Of a stretch of 64,000 bases of DNA, positions 28,872-38,321 are shown one piece after another (the stretch's first letter is position 1; the number at the start of each line of letters is the position of its first letter). The stretch is taken from positions 9,875 to 73,874 of the forward strand of contig DATJYK010000085.1 of assembly GCA_035578005.1 (NCBI GenBank). The letters run 5' to 3'. The DNA is from Terriglobia bacterium (lineage in GTDB: Bacteria > Acidobacteriota > Terriglobia > UBA7540). The notes beneath the pieces were generated by a model that worked only from the letters and a program-made list of their open reading frames with translations, searched no databases and was not told the DNA's origin. The position numbers were made by a program, and so were the translations under genes.

Positions 28872-28975
28872 AAACCGTCAGGTGTATGAAAACAAAGGAC
28901 CGGGTTCGTCAAAACCGTCAGGTCTATGAAAATAAATAGGTTATTTTACTAAGCCGTCAGGTTGTTGATAATTAA
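28872..28975. repeat. three iteron-like direct repeats (A)AACCGTCAGGT-N-TATGAAAAYAAA spaced ~40 bp apart in an AT-rich spacer
   Basis: The three copies are AAACCGTCAGGTGTATGAAAACAAA, AAAACCGTCAGGTCTATGAAAATAAA and AAGCCGTCAGGTTGTTGATAATTAA. Confidence 0.7.
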
Positions 28976-29094
28976 GGCTGTTATCGGGCGTGGCGCTGGC
29001 CACTTGCCGCTGGTATCAGCGGGAAGGCAAAGCCGCCTGTTTGCGCGGCGAGCAGAGGGCGACCTCTAGAAAGCGAGCGCGAAGCGAGTGCGCT

Positions 29095-29259
29095 CTAGCT
29101 TTTCTTGGCGCTGACGGCGAAGAACGCGGCCACCTTTTGTTCCACCTTCTTGCTGTTGCACTTTGGGCAGGCGACGCGGCCTTTCTCATATTCTGTTATC
29201 GTCATTTGCTGCGTGAACGACTTCTTGCATTCTTTGCAGGTATAACTGTAGATGGGCAT
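29095..29259 (-). CDS. FmdB family zinc-ribbon protein
   Basis: MPIYSYTCKECKKSF...CPKCNS, the classic CxxC...CxxC FmdB arrangement. Confidence 0.75.
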   Translation of the reverse strand: MPIYSYTCKECKKSFTQQMTITEYEKGRVACPKCNSKKVEQKVAAFFAVSAKKS

Positions 29260-29319
29260 TGAGCGGCCTCCCCGCAAGATCTTAAGAGTCATTTTAGCAG
29301 AGACGGCAGTTCACCTCCA

Positions 29320-30654
29320 ATGTCACCTCCAAAGTCGTCGTCCAGGCCCAACACGTCGTCGCCGAATCCGGCAGCGCTTTTCTTCCGCGACGCTGAGCAA
29401 CTGCTGACGCTTGGCGGGCGAACCGTTCCGCGCCGGGGAAGAGACCTCGGCGAACTGGGAATTGCGCGAGGCGGCGCGCTGCTCGCGGTTGACGGCAAGA
29501 TTGCCGGAGCCGGCCGCACGCGCGAGCTGGAAAGCACAGCCCGTCGACTGAAGGCCCGCAACATCGACTGTCGCGGCCGCGTGGTGATGCCCGGTTTCGT
29601 TGATTCCCACACTCACCTGGTGTTTGCCGGAAGCCGCGTGGACGACTACGTCAAACGGCTCGAGGGTGCGACTTACGAAGAGATCGCCTCGGCCGGTGGC
29701 GGAATTCGCCTCACAGCGCGCTTGGTGGCCGAGGCTTCGCCGCGCGCGCTGCTGCGTCAGGCGCTCGGATTCCTTGATGAATTTGCCGCCTGCGGCACTA
29801 CAACCGCGGAGGTGAAGACGGGTTACGGTCTCGACGTAGAGACTGAGATCAAAATGCTGCGCGTCATCCACCAGCTCAGCGCCCATCCAGATGCGAAGGT
29901 TGAGCTGGTTCCCACGCTGCTGGCGGCGCACGCTTTGCCCGCAGCGTTCGAAGGCCGCCGCAAGGACTACCTCGACGCAGTGATCAACAGGCTCATTCCT
30001 TTTGCGGCCGCGCGGAAACTGGCGCGCTTTATCGATTGCTTTTGCGACCGGGGCGCGTTCAGCGTAGCCGAGTGTCAGCGCGTGCTCTCGGCGGGCGCCG
30101 CTCTCGGTCTAGTTCCTCGCCTTCACGCCGAGCAGCTTGCGCGCACCGGCGGAACGCGGCTGGCGTTACAGGTGGGTGCAGCCTCCGCCGATCACCTGGA
30201 CCACCTGACAGCCGCAGACATCCGCGCTTTGGCGCGCTCCGAAACCGTCGCGACTCTGCTGCCGGGGTCGAACTTTCACCTAGGAATTCGCCGCTACGCG
30301 CCCGCGCGACGCCTGATCGACGCAGGGGCTGCCGTCGCCTTAGCCACTGATTTCAATCCCGGCACCAGCCCCACCGTGAACATGCAATTCATTCTCAGCC
30401 TCGCTTGCGCCGCCATGCATCTCACGCCCGCAGAGGCGATCTGCGCTGCGACGCTCAACGCCGCGCATTCCCTAAGGATGAGCGAACGCATCGGATCGCT
30501 CGAACGCGGCAAGCAGGCGGACGTCATCGTGATGGACGTTGACGACTACCGCAAAATACCGTACTACTTCGCCTCGAATCACTGCGTCATGACGGTGAAA
30601 GGCGGGCGGATTGTCCACTCGCGGCTTGACGACGCGAGACGAAGGCGAGTCTAA
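29320..30654 (+). CDS. hutI: imidazolonepropionase
   Basis: VMPGFVDSHTHLVFAGSR, then YEEIASAGGGI, then amidohydrolase-fold motifs to the C-terminus. The N-terminal extension is Ser/Pro-rich, so the true start may be downstream. Confidence 0.8.
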   Translation: MSPPKSSSRPNTSSPNPAALFFRDAEQLLTLGGRTVPRRGRDLGELGIARGGALLAVDGKIAGAGRTRELESTARRLKARNIDCRGRVVMPGFVDSHTHLVFAGSRVDDYVKRLEGATYEEIASAGGGIRLTARLVAEASPRALLRQALGFLDEFAACGTTTAEVKTGYGLDVETEIKMLRVIHQLSAHPDAKVELVPTLLAAHALPAAFEGRRKDYLDAVINRLIPFAAARKLARFIDCFCDRGAFSVAECQRVLSAGAALGLVPRLHAEQLARTGGTRLALQVGAASADHLDHLTAADIRALARSETVATLLPGSNFHLGIRRYAPARRLIDAGAAVALATDFNPGTSPTVNMQFILSLACAAMHLTPAEAICAATLNAAHSLRMSERIGSLERGKQADVIVMDVDDYRKIPYYFASNHCVMTVKGGRIVHSRLDDARRRRV

Positions 30655-30655
30655 G

Positions 30656-30796
30656 CAGGCTGCGGAAAAACAGCTCGGAACCATGTCATTTCGAGCACAG
30701 CGAGAAATCTCGCTCTGAAACTAAGGCCACTGCGAGATTCCTCGTCGCCTACGGCTCTTCGGAATGACAGGCTGGATGAGTTTTTCCGCAGCCTGC
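30656..30796. repeat. family A repeat, copy 3 (degenerate right arm; terminal IR GCTGCGGAAAAAC / GTTTTTCCGCAGC)
   Basis: The left half, CATGTCATTTCGAGCACAGCGAGAAATCTCGCTCTGAAA, matches the family core. It sits directly after the hutI stop. Confidence 0.7.
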
Positions 30797-30824
30797 TTCT
30801 AGGGAGCGAGTCTAGGGCACGAGT

Positions 30825-31193
30825 CTAGGGAGACGGAGGCTGCGGGGTAGCTGCTGGAGCGGACGAGTTAGGAGGAGCTTGTTCCTTAGGCTGGGCCTCA
30901 GGATAAGTGATCACGATTTCCCCGGGTTTAGCCATGTGGAGCTGCTCGCGAGCCACTTTCTCGACGGCCTTCGGATCAGACTTCAGGGCATCAATGTGCT
31001 TCTGCAGAGCTTGATTTTCCTGTTCCAGTTGGAGGGTCTGTTTCTGAAGAGCATCGTACCGTTGGCGCTCGCTTCGATAGGCCAGGTACCCGTGCTCGCC
31101 ACAAATGACGTGATAGGCGAGCGCACCCACGAGTGACAAGGCCAAGGCCAGAGTGCCCCAATACGCGCGGCGGCTTTGGAAGGGCAGTTTCAT
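30825..31193 (-). CDS. septum formation initiator (FtsB/DivIC-like)
   Basis: N-terminal TM helix followed by a coiled coil (YDALQKQTLQLEQENQALQKHIDALKSDPKAVEKVAREQL). Confidence 0.55.
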   Translation of the reverse strand: MKLPFQSRRAYWGTLALALSLVGALAYHVICGEHGYLAYRSERQRYDALQKQTLQLEQENQALQKHIDALKSDPKAVEKVAREQLHMAKPGEIVITYPEAQPKEQAPPNSSAPAATPQPPSP

Positions 31194-31371
31194 CGTGAGA
31201 ACGCCGGAAGGCCGCGGGCCACGCAACTTTTCGCCGCATCGAGCCTTATCGAGTTGCTCTCCGTCGAGCGTCCATTGTACCGTGGAGGCTCGGGTCTGGC
31301 AATTCCCCGAGTCATTATGGCCATTCGGGCCGTTCGTTTGTGGCGGCTAGCGACGTTCTCGAGTATCGCCG

Positions 31372-31695
31372 ATGACCGACAAAATCGTGATCCTGGTGAC
31401 GGCGCCGAGCTTGAAGGAAGCGCGCAAGATCGCGCGTAATCTGGTCGAAGAGCGCCTGGCGGCCTGCGTGAATGTTACACCGCCGGTGGAATCGATCTAC
31501 CGCTGGCAAGGGAAAATCGAGAACGGACGCGAGCGCCTGCTGGTGATCAAAACGGCTCGCGAAATCTTCGCCGAAGTCGAGGCGGCGATTCGCAAGCTCC
31601 ACAGTTACACGAACCCCGAGATCCTCTGCCTGCCCATTATCGATGGCTCGCGCGACTATCTCGACTGGTTAGCCGGGTCTGTGAAGGTCGGGTGA
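31372..31695 (+). CDS. cutA: divalent-cation tolerance protein CutA
   Basis: ILVTAPSLKEARKIARNLVEERLAACVN...ESIYRWQGKIE matches CutA1 along its whole length. Confidence 0.85.
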   Translation: MTDKIVILVTAPSLKEARKIARNLVEERLAACVNVTPPVESIYRWQGKIENGRERLLVIKTAREIFAEVEAAIRKLHSYTNPEILCLPIIDGSRDYLDWLAGSVKVG

Positions 31696-31883
31696 ATTCG
31701 GCGGGGCTAAGGAGTCTGTGTGGAAACCGCGTGCTGTAGCGGCGGTCTCTGACCGCCGGCTTTTTCGGCGATCAGAGATCGCCGCTACGGCACGTTGCGG
31801 CACGTTTTCACACAAACGCTGAAGCCCTGCCCTTTTCGAATCGTGGTTAGAAATGCAGGCTAGCCGCAGACCAGAACCGCTGA

Positions 31884-33029
31884 TCAACCTTCAATCTTAG
31901 CGAGTGCCTGATCGAGATCAGCGATCAGATCATCCACGTCTTCGATCCCAACGGAGATGCGTACCAGCCCATCAGTAATGCCGATGCGCTGGCGGTGTGC
32001 CGGCGGAACGCTGGCGTGAGTCATGGTCGCAGGGTGAGAAATCAAGGTCTCAACGCCACCCAGACTCTCGGCGAGCGAGCAAAGGCGCACGCTCTTCAGC
32101 ACCGTCTTGGCGTTCTCAAGCGATCCGGTTTCAAACGAGATCATGCCCCCGAAGCCCTTCATTTGGCTTTTCGCCAGTTCGTGTTGGGGATGATTGGGCA
32201 GACCCGGGTAATTCACCTTTCTCACCTTGCGATGACCATCGAGGAACCGGGCCACAGCCCGCCCGTTTTCCTCGTGTTGCCGCATCCGTGCCGCCAGGGT
32301 CTTCACGCCGCGCAGCACTAGCCAGCAATCGAAGGGGCCCAGGATGGCACCGGCCGCATTTTGCAAGAACTTCAAGCGCTCAGCGAGCCCGGCATCATTC
32401 ACCATGATGGCGCCGCCGACGCCGTCCGAGTGGCCATTCAGATATTTGGTCGTGCTGTGCAACGCGAAGTCGGCCCCGAGCTCCAAGGGACGCTGAAAAT
32501 ACGGACTCATGAAGGTATTGTCCACCGCGGCCAGCGCTCCGTGGCGGTGCGCGATGGCCGTCGCCGCGCGCAGGTCCGTAATCTCCATCATGGGATTAGT
32601 GGGGGTTTCGAGGTAAAGCAAGCGCGTGTTCGGGAGGAATGCCTTTTCGATCTCGTCCAGGCGACTTGTGTCCGCGTAGGTAAAGCTAAGGCCAAAATCC
32701 TTCAACACGTGCTCGAAGAGCCGGAACGCGCCGCCGTACAGGTTATGACCGGCCACCACGTGATCGCCGGATTTCAACAGACTCATCAGCGCGTTGATGG
32801 CTGCCATACCGGACGCAAATGCGAACGCGCTGCGGCCTCCTTCCAGGCAGGCTAAGTTTCGCTCCAGCGCCGAGCGTGTCGGGTTCGAAGTTCGGGCATA
32901 CTCGTGCCCCTTGTTGCGGCCCAGTTCCTCCTGGACGTAGGTGGACGTTTGATAGATGGGGACAATAATGGCGCCCGTGGCGGGATCGGGCTCCTGGCCC
33001 ACATGAATGGCATCCGTGGCGAATCCCAT
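31884..33029 (-). CDS. PLP-dependent trans-sulfuration enzyme (cystathionine gamma-synthase/lyase family)
   Basis: Cys/Met-metabolism PLP family. The PLP-lysine context is FALHSTTKYLNGHSDGVGG. Confidence 0.85.
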   Translation of the reverse strand: MGFATDAIHVGQEPDPATGAIIVPIYQTSTYVQEELGRNKGHEYARTSNPTRSALERNLACLEGGRSAFAFASGMAAINALMSLLKSGDHVVAGHNLYGGAFRLFEHVLKDFGLSFTYADTSRLDEIEKAFLPNTRLLYLETPTNPMMEITDLRAATAIAHRHGALAAVDNTFMSPYFQRPLELGADFALHSTTKYLNGHSDGVGGAIMVNDAGLAERLKFLQNAAGAILGPFDCWLVLRGVKTLAARMRQHEENGRAVARFLDGHRKVRKVNYPGLPNHPQHELAKSQMKGFGGMISFETGSLENAKTVLKSVRLCSLAESLGGVETLISHPATMTHASVPPAHRQRIGITDGLVRISVGIEDVDDLIADLDQALAKIEG

Positions 33030-33280
33030 AGAACGCTTCCCACCTTCCTTTGACTTCGCTGGAGTTTATCAACAACCGGCGGCGGTAGTGTCTCAGTTTG
33101 AGGTGGCACGGGCATCCTGCCCGTGTTATTTCATGGCCAAGATGGCCATGCCACTTCAAACGGAGACACCACCACCGGCGGCAATCGACTAAACGTTTAC
33201 GAGCTTTTGCGGTATCATGAGAGTTCCTGGCACAATAGGCCGGTAAGATATCAGCCGGCGTCGAGCTGGAATTAGCGGAG

Positions 33281-33694
33281 GTGGATATGCGCTATCACCT
33301 GCGAATTGCACTCACTGTTGGGGTCCTGGCACTGGCAGCGGGGCTTCTAAGTTTAGTTGGGGGCACGGCGCTGCGTGCTGATTCTCCCAATCTCATCACG
33401 GTCAGTGTTGTGGTGACCGATTCCCAAACCGGAAAACCCGTCGACCAGGCGCATCTGACGCTCATCTTTAAAAAGGGTGGAGACCCGGACAACGCCTTCA
33501 AGCGCTCGAAAACGATCTCGTATACCGGCAAGACAGATGCCCAGGGGCGCTGCCGGTTCGTTTACATTCCCGAGGGCTCCGTCACGCTCATGGCGACCGA
33601 AGGCCGCCACAAGGCTTTTGGACAGACCTTTGACGTAAGCAAGGACCATTCGACTCTGGAAGTAAAGATGAAGCCGCCCGAGCCGTTGCTCTAA
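33281..33694 (+). CDS. small secreted protein (carboxypeptidase-regulatory-like beta-sandwich)
   Basis: Signal peptide, then ITVSVVVTDSQTGKPVDQAHLTL and DAQGRCRF, typical of CarbopepD_reg-like domains. Confidence 0.5.
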   Translation: MDMRYHLRIALTVGVLALAAGLLSLVGGTALRADSPNLITVSVVVTDSQTGKPVDQAHLTLIFKKGGDPDNAFKRSKTISYTGKTDAQGRCRFVYIPEGSVTLMATEGRHKAFGQTFDVSKDHSTLEVKMKPPEPLL

Positions 33695-34010
33695 CCTGAA
33701 TTTCTCGCCAGGATCATACAGCATTTGAGTCTTGCGGCTGGCGAATTCTATCCGCGATGCATCACAGATGGTGCAAACAGTAAGAAGCCATTGCCCCTCG
33801 CTGTGTTACAGCCAAAAAGGCGACCCATTTCCACAAGCTTTTTAACAGAACTGTTAAAAAACTTAATCCGCGCCATCAAAAATATTACACCGCAGCGTTC
33901 CAAAGAGAAGGTAATGTTACACCACTGGCGAGTTCGTCGACCGGGTTGGGGACTTGCCTCCAGATGAAACGCCGGGTTTCAAGCCGCCGTTCCAATGGGG
34001 TTGCGCGGCG

Positions 34011-35051
34011 TTAGTTCGGCTTCCGCGCCTCACCCGGCGTCTGAGGCGCCGTACCGGTTGACGGAGCGTTTGCGGCGCTGGGAGTTGGAGCACTCGGTGC
34101 CGCAAAGTATTTCGGGTCAAGCCAAATGTTTGCTTTCTCCTTGACGCCGTCCAGGGCAGCCTTGAACTTCTCTTCGCGAAGCTTGCCTTCAATCTCTTTC
34201 GAGGCTTCCGAAACGGGCAGGGTTTCGTGCTTCACAACCTGAATGAAGTAAAAGTTCATGGGATTGTTCTGAATCTCAGAGACTTCGCCATCCTTCAACG
34301 TCCAGGCCTGCTTGTCCATGTCTCCGGGAAGCTGGCCGCGCCGCACCGAATGCGGATTGGGATCAAAAAACACTACGTTTGCCAGCTTATACTGCTCGGA
34401 AACCTTGGTGGCATCCTGGCCGGAAGCCAGCGCCTGGCGAATGTCGTCAGCGCGTTTCTTCGCTTCATCTTCCGGTAAGCCAGCCGCATCGCCTTTTGCG
34501 CCTTCCGGCTTCTTGCGCACACTGACTTGCCGGATCTGGACTTGCTCAAATTCCGCGTGATGGTCAGCGTAGTACTTGTTGATGTCATCCTGCTGCACCT
34601 GCACGCTCTCGTTGAGCTTCTTGTATTCATCCTGAACGAGCGCCTGCTTTCGCTGAAGCTCCATCTTCTCTTTAAATTCTGGAGTCTGATCGAGACCGTC
34701 CGCAGATGCCTTCTGCGCGAGGGCCAGAAACATTGCATAGTTTTCGCCCAACGGCTTAAAGCCTTGGGCAGCCAATGAGCGCTGAGCCGTCGGGTTGAGA
34801 GTTTTCACGATGGCTTGAAATTGCCGGGCCGTTATCTGCTGGTCTCCCACCTTCATCACCACGGTCTCTGGAGGAACCTCTGAAAGCGTGGAACCCTGAG
34901 CCGCTGACGGGGAAGGTGGCACCGGCTTCGCCGCTGGCGATTGGGAGGAACTTTGGGCCAAACCTGTGGCCGCCGAAAAGGCAGCGATGAGGATTCCCAA
35001 CAAAGCCCGCTGCGACTTGGGGGCACACCGACGTTTTATTAGCTGATTCAT
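34011..35051 (-). CDS. periplasmic peptidyl-prolyl cis-trans isomerase (SurA/PpiC parvulin-type)
   Basis: Signal peptide, a SurA-N-like helical region, and a parvulin domain (SVRRGQLPGDMDKQAWTLKDGEVSEIQNNPMNFYFIQV). Confidence 0.7.
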   Translation of the reverse strand: MNQLIKRRCAPKSQRALLGILIAAFSAATGLAQSSSQSPAAKPVPPSPSAAQGSTLSEVPPETVVMKVGDQQITARQFQAIVKTLNPTAQRSLAAQGFKPLGENYAMFLALAQKASADGLDQTPEFKEKMELQRKQALVQDEYKKLNESVQVQQDDINKYYADHHAEFEQVQIRQVSVRKKPEGAKGDAAGLPEDEAKKRADDIRQALASGQDATKVSEQYKLANVVFFDPNPHSVRRGQLPGDMDKQAWTLKDGEVSEIQNNPMNFYFIQVVKHETLPVSEASKEIEGKLREEKFKAALDGVKEKANIWLDPKYFAAPSAPTPSAANAPSTGTAPQTPGEARKPN

Positions 35052-35403
35052 AGAACTTCTTCCTTTTGATGAGAATTGTTCGATAGCGAGAAGAGAAATT
35101 CTAGCACGGAATGGCTCTCGTCTCCACACAAACCTGAGATTGATGAGATTGAGATGCGACCGTAGGGGTGCGGCTTGCCGACCCTCCGAGTTTGCACATT
35201 GCGAGCCCCGAAGGGGCGTTCTATCTCAGCCCAGGCCAACCGGCCTGGGTTCGAGGCACACCGTCATTCTGGGATTCAAGCCCTGAAAGGGCGCTCGATC
35301 GGTGGTGACTACTTTGCGTCGCCCTTTCAGGGGAATATCAGTTTCATCCGAATATGACAAGAGCTTCTGAAACGTCTGGATCCTCTGATACACTTGTCCG
35401 GCC

Positions 35404-36279
35404 ATGAAAGCGATTGCTGTTCGAGTTCTATTAGCCGTGTTGTCGATGGTGGCGGTCGCAGCCGCGCAGGATGTGGTTCCCCTTTATCCCGGCACCCCGC
35501 CCGGCTCTAAGCAGGAGAACTATCCGGAGAAGCAATATTTCTCCAAAGTGTGGAACGAAGAGGTTGTCGCGAACGTCACCCGGCCCACCCTCACGATATT
35601 CAAGCCCGCTCCGGAGTTGAAAAATGGTACGGCGGTAGTCATCTACCCGGGTGGGGGGTTCATGGCCATTTCCGTCGCATCCGAAGGTGCAAACGTGGCC
35701 AAATACCTGGCCGCGAAAGGCGTGACCGCGTTCATGCTGAAATATCGGCTTGCGCACACCGGCGAAGATGCTGCCCAGGAGTTCAGCGCACTGTACGCGG
35801 ACAGGCCGAAGTACGATGAGATGTTAAAAAATGTCACACCGCTGGCCTTCGCAGATGGCTTAGCGGCGGTCGCTTACGTCCGGCAGCACGCGTCCGAATG
35901 CGGGATTTCTCCCGATCACGTCGGAATCATCGGATTCTCCGCGGGTGGATTTATCGCAGCCCAAGTTGCCGTCCAATACGCGCCCGAAGGCCGGCCCGCA
36001 TTTGTAGCCGTGATCTACGGCGGATTGGGGAAAGACGCTCCCGTGCCAACGGATGCGCCGCCCATGTTTATTACTGCCGCGACCGACGACGAGCTCGGGC
36101 TCGCGCCGCAAAGCATCGCTCTCTACGAAAAGTGGACGGCCGCTCACAAATCGGCTGAATTGCACATGTACGCCAAGGGCGGTCACGGCTTCGGAACGCA
36201 TCAACAGAACCTTCCTACGGATCATTGGATCGAGAGATTTTCTGACTGGTTGCAGGTGGAAGGTTTTCTGACCAAGTGA
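35404..36279 (+). CDS. secreted alpha/beta hydrolase (esterase)
   Basis: Signal peptide, an HGGG-like oxyanion region (IYPGGGFMAIS), the nucleophile motif IIGFSAGG, and C-terminal HGFG. Confidence 0.8.
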   Translation: MKAIAVRVLLAVLSMVAVAAAQDVVPLYPGTPPGSKQENYPEKQYFSKVWNEEVVANVTRPTLTIFKPAPELKNGTAVVIYPGGGFMAISVASEGANVAKYLAAKGVTAFMLKYRLAHTGEDAAQEFSALYADRPKYDEMLKNVTPLAFADGLAAVAYVRQHASECGISPDHVGIIGFSAGGFIAAQVAVQYAPEGRPAFVAVIYGGLGKDAPVPTDAPPMFITAATDDELGLAPQSIALYEKWTAAHKSAELHMYAKGGHGFGTHQQNLPTDHWIERFSDWLQVEGFLTK

Positions 36280-36349
36280 CGAGGAAAGAAGAAGCCGACG
36301 CAGCTGGCAAACGCCGCATCGGCTGACACTTCTTAAAGAAGTCAGCGAA

Positions 36350-36859
36350 CTACTTCTTGGCAGGAAGAGTATACTCGCCCTTGATCTCACTCACCATGTT
36401 CCCGCTGGCATCGGCCTTGGCTTCGTAAGTACCCTTGCCAGCAATGCCTTTATATTTCCCGGTGCCTCCGGTGAAGCTCCACGTGCCCACAGACGTGTTG
36501 GGTTTGCCGTCCTTCGTCAAGGTATCCGTGCCGGAAAAGCGGACAAAGGTCTTCTCGCCGTCGGCCATGTTCCCGACGCCGTACCCGTTTGCATGGTCCC
36601 TGGTACCGTGGACGTCGATGGTAACCACATTGTAACTATCCTTCGTGGCCGCGCCCTCAATCTGCATAGGGTTCGTCCACGTGCAGGCTTCCTTCAGCAG
36701 TCCAAGCGTGTGGCGGGCGCTATCCCCAACGTCGATGGAGTACGCCGGATCAGCCTTGGCGCTGGCGCAAGACATCGTGCCGGAAATCTTCGTCTGCGCT
36801 GCCGAGGTACTCGCCAGCGCGAGGCCGAGCATCGCTACCCAAATCATTCTCTGCTTCAT
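36350..36859 (-). CDS. secreted hypothetical protein
   Basis: Clear signal peptide MKQRMIWVAMLGLALASTSAAQ and Gly/Thr-rich beta-like sequence. Confidence 0.55.
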   Translation of the reverse strand: MKQRMIWVAMLGLALASTSAAQTKISGTMSCASAKADPAYSIDVGDSARHTLGLLKEACTWTNPMQIEGAATKDSYNVVTIDVHGTRDHANGYGVGNMADGEKTFVRFSGTDTLTKDGKPNTSVGTWSFTGGTGKYKGIAGKGTYEAKADASGNMVSEIKGEYTLPAKK

Positions 36860-37327
36860 GGCTCCTCCTTTGAGATTCGGAAGGTTCGATTTCGGAAAGC
36901 CCGGATTTGCCGGCGAACCTCCTCGGTCCCGGTCGATGTGTAACCCTGGATCCGCATTTCATCACAAGGCTGGCCAGCATTATACATCCGAGACTCCTCG
37001 GAGAGGCGCAAAATGTCCTTCGTCGAATCGCGCCGCTTTGGGAAGCGAGTGCCGAGGTTCTGGGCGTATTGTCGGGCCCGGAAGCTACGGTCCGGGGATC
37101 GGCCGCATCTCCAACCTCACGGTCGTCTTAGACTAAGTTAGGTTAAGTTAGCGCTTATGAAGGGTGCTGCCCAGAGCCAGGTTAGATCGGCCCTTCAGGC
37201 CTGACAAATGCAGAGAGCGAGAATATGGCCTGCCGTACGCTCCCTCGTTGTCGGCACCAAGAAAAGGGCAGGGCAAGCCACCCTACGACCTTTCTCGGAA
37301 ACACCAGGGGTATACCGCCATGAGAAT

Positions 37328-37432
37328 GCGCGAAGCGCCTTGGAGTGCGGCGGCTCGACGCTGCCTTGGGGAAGGATAAGGGAAACCACAGGAAGGCAGC
37401 GTCAAGCCGCCGCACTCCAAAGCGCTTCGCGC
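37328..37432. repeat. long imperfect inverted repeat (38-bp arms, 29-nt loop) in a ~750-bp noncoding region
   Basis: The arms are GCGCGAAGCGCCTTGGAGTGCGGCGGCTCGACGCTGCC and GGCAGCGTCAAGCCGCCGCACTCCAAAGCGCTTCGCGC, which differ at 2 of 38 positions. Confidence 0.8.
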
Positions 37433-37514
37433 TAATCAGTGTGAGCTAAGACACTAGCCTACGTGCACGGAGACATCGACTACCCCACAATATCAGACAA
37501 TCCGCATTTTATGC

Positions 37515-37543
37515 TTGACTGTCATATTAACCTATGATATAAT
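37515..37543 (+). promoter_or_regulatory. near-consensus sigma70-type promoter TTGACT-17-TATAAT
   Basis: gcTTGACTgtcatattaacctatgaTATAATgt sits in a local AT-rich patch, about 105 nt upstream of the SD-preceded ORF at 37648. Confidence 0.55.
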
Positions 37544-37647
37544 GTATCACATTATGTAAACAAAGGTTTTGCGCCGGGGCGGACGGCGTCGCTCCTGGGG
37601 TTTGCATTTCTCTGTTGGACGTTCAGCCACCGGCCAGGAGGATGCGT

Positions 37648-38094
37648 ATGTCATTGATTCAAAAGCTTGCTTCGGCCGCCCAGCGGGCCGCCAATCAGGC
37701 CAACGGGTGCCAATCCCAGGGACCAGTCACGGCAAAGGGCCTGCAACACTCGCGAACGGCGAGGTTGAGGCACGGCCTTTATGCCCAGTTCTTTGAAGAG
37801 ACGATGGATGCTTTGGGTGAAGACCTTGGCGGCTTTGCTGAACGGCAGGAGGCTCTGGTCCGCTACTGGCAGCCCCCGGACGCCTTCCGCGCCACCCTGG
37901 TAATGCGCCTGGCGAGATTGATGTTGGCAAATGGAACGGGCCGACTGCCAACAAGAAGGTATCGCGGTGGCGCGGCTTCAGGGTGCCGAGGCGGAGAACG
38001 CACCATCAGGCTTTTGAGGGATCTCAAGGCGAAGGACGAGCGCGCAGGGCCGGCCGGGGCCAGCCGGACAAGAGAGCCCAGAAGGCGAAAATGA
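37648..38094 (+). CDS. hypothetical protein
   Basis: AGGAGG Shine-Dalgarno 6 nt before the ATG, and a consensus sigma70-like promoter 105 nt upstream. No domain recognised. Confidence 0.4.
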   Translation: MSLIQKLASAAQRAANQANGCQSQGPVTAKGLQHSRTARLRHGLYAQFFEETMDALGEDLGGFAERQEALVRYWQPPDAFRATLVMRLARLMLANGTGRLPTRRYRGGAASGCRGGERTIRLLRDLKAKDERAGPAGASRTREPRRRK

Positions 38095-38321
38095 AGGATG
38101 ATCCCATCATGTTGTTGAAAACAAAGGAAAATGGATTTTAGTGAGAATTTTGGGAATTTTCGACATCGAATGATAATTTTGCGACCTTCCACCGAATCCC
38201 AGATGACGTAGGGGCGGCCCTTGTGGCCACCCAAGTAACGACATCCACAGGGGTTGCTCAGCGAATGGAGCGGCCACAAGGGCCGCCCCGGCGTCCGTTC
38301 GGAATGCTATACTTCGCTGCT

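Noticed and set aside
28990-29262. 90-aa plus-strand ORF beginning MALATCRWYQREGKAACLRGE
   Set aside because: Its start is the duplicated 3' fragment of the 25727 gene. The rest is antisense to the FmdB zinc-ribbon gene, so it is a relic rather than a gene.
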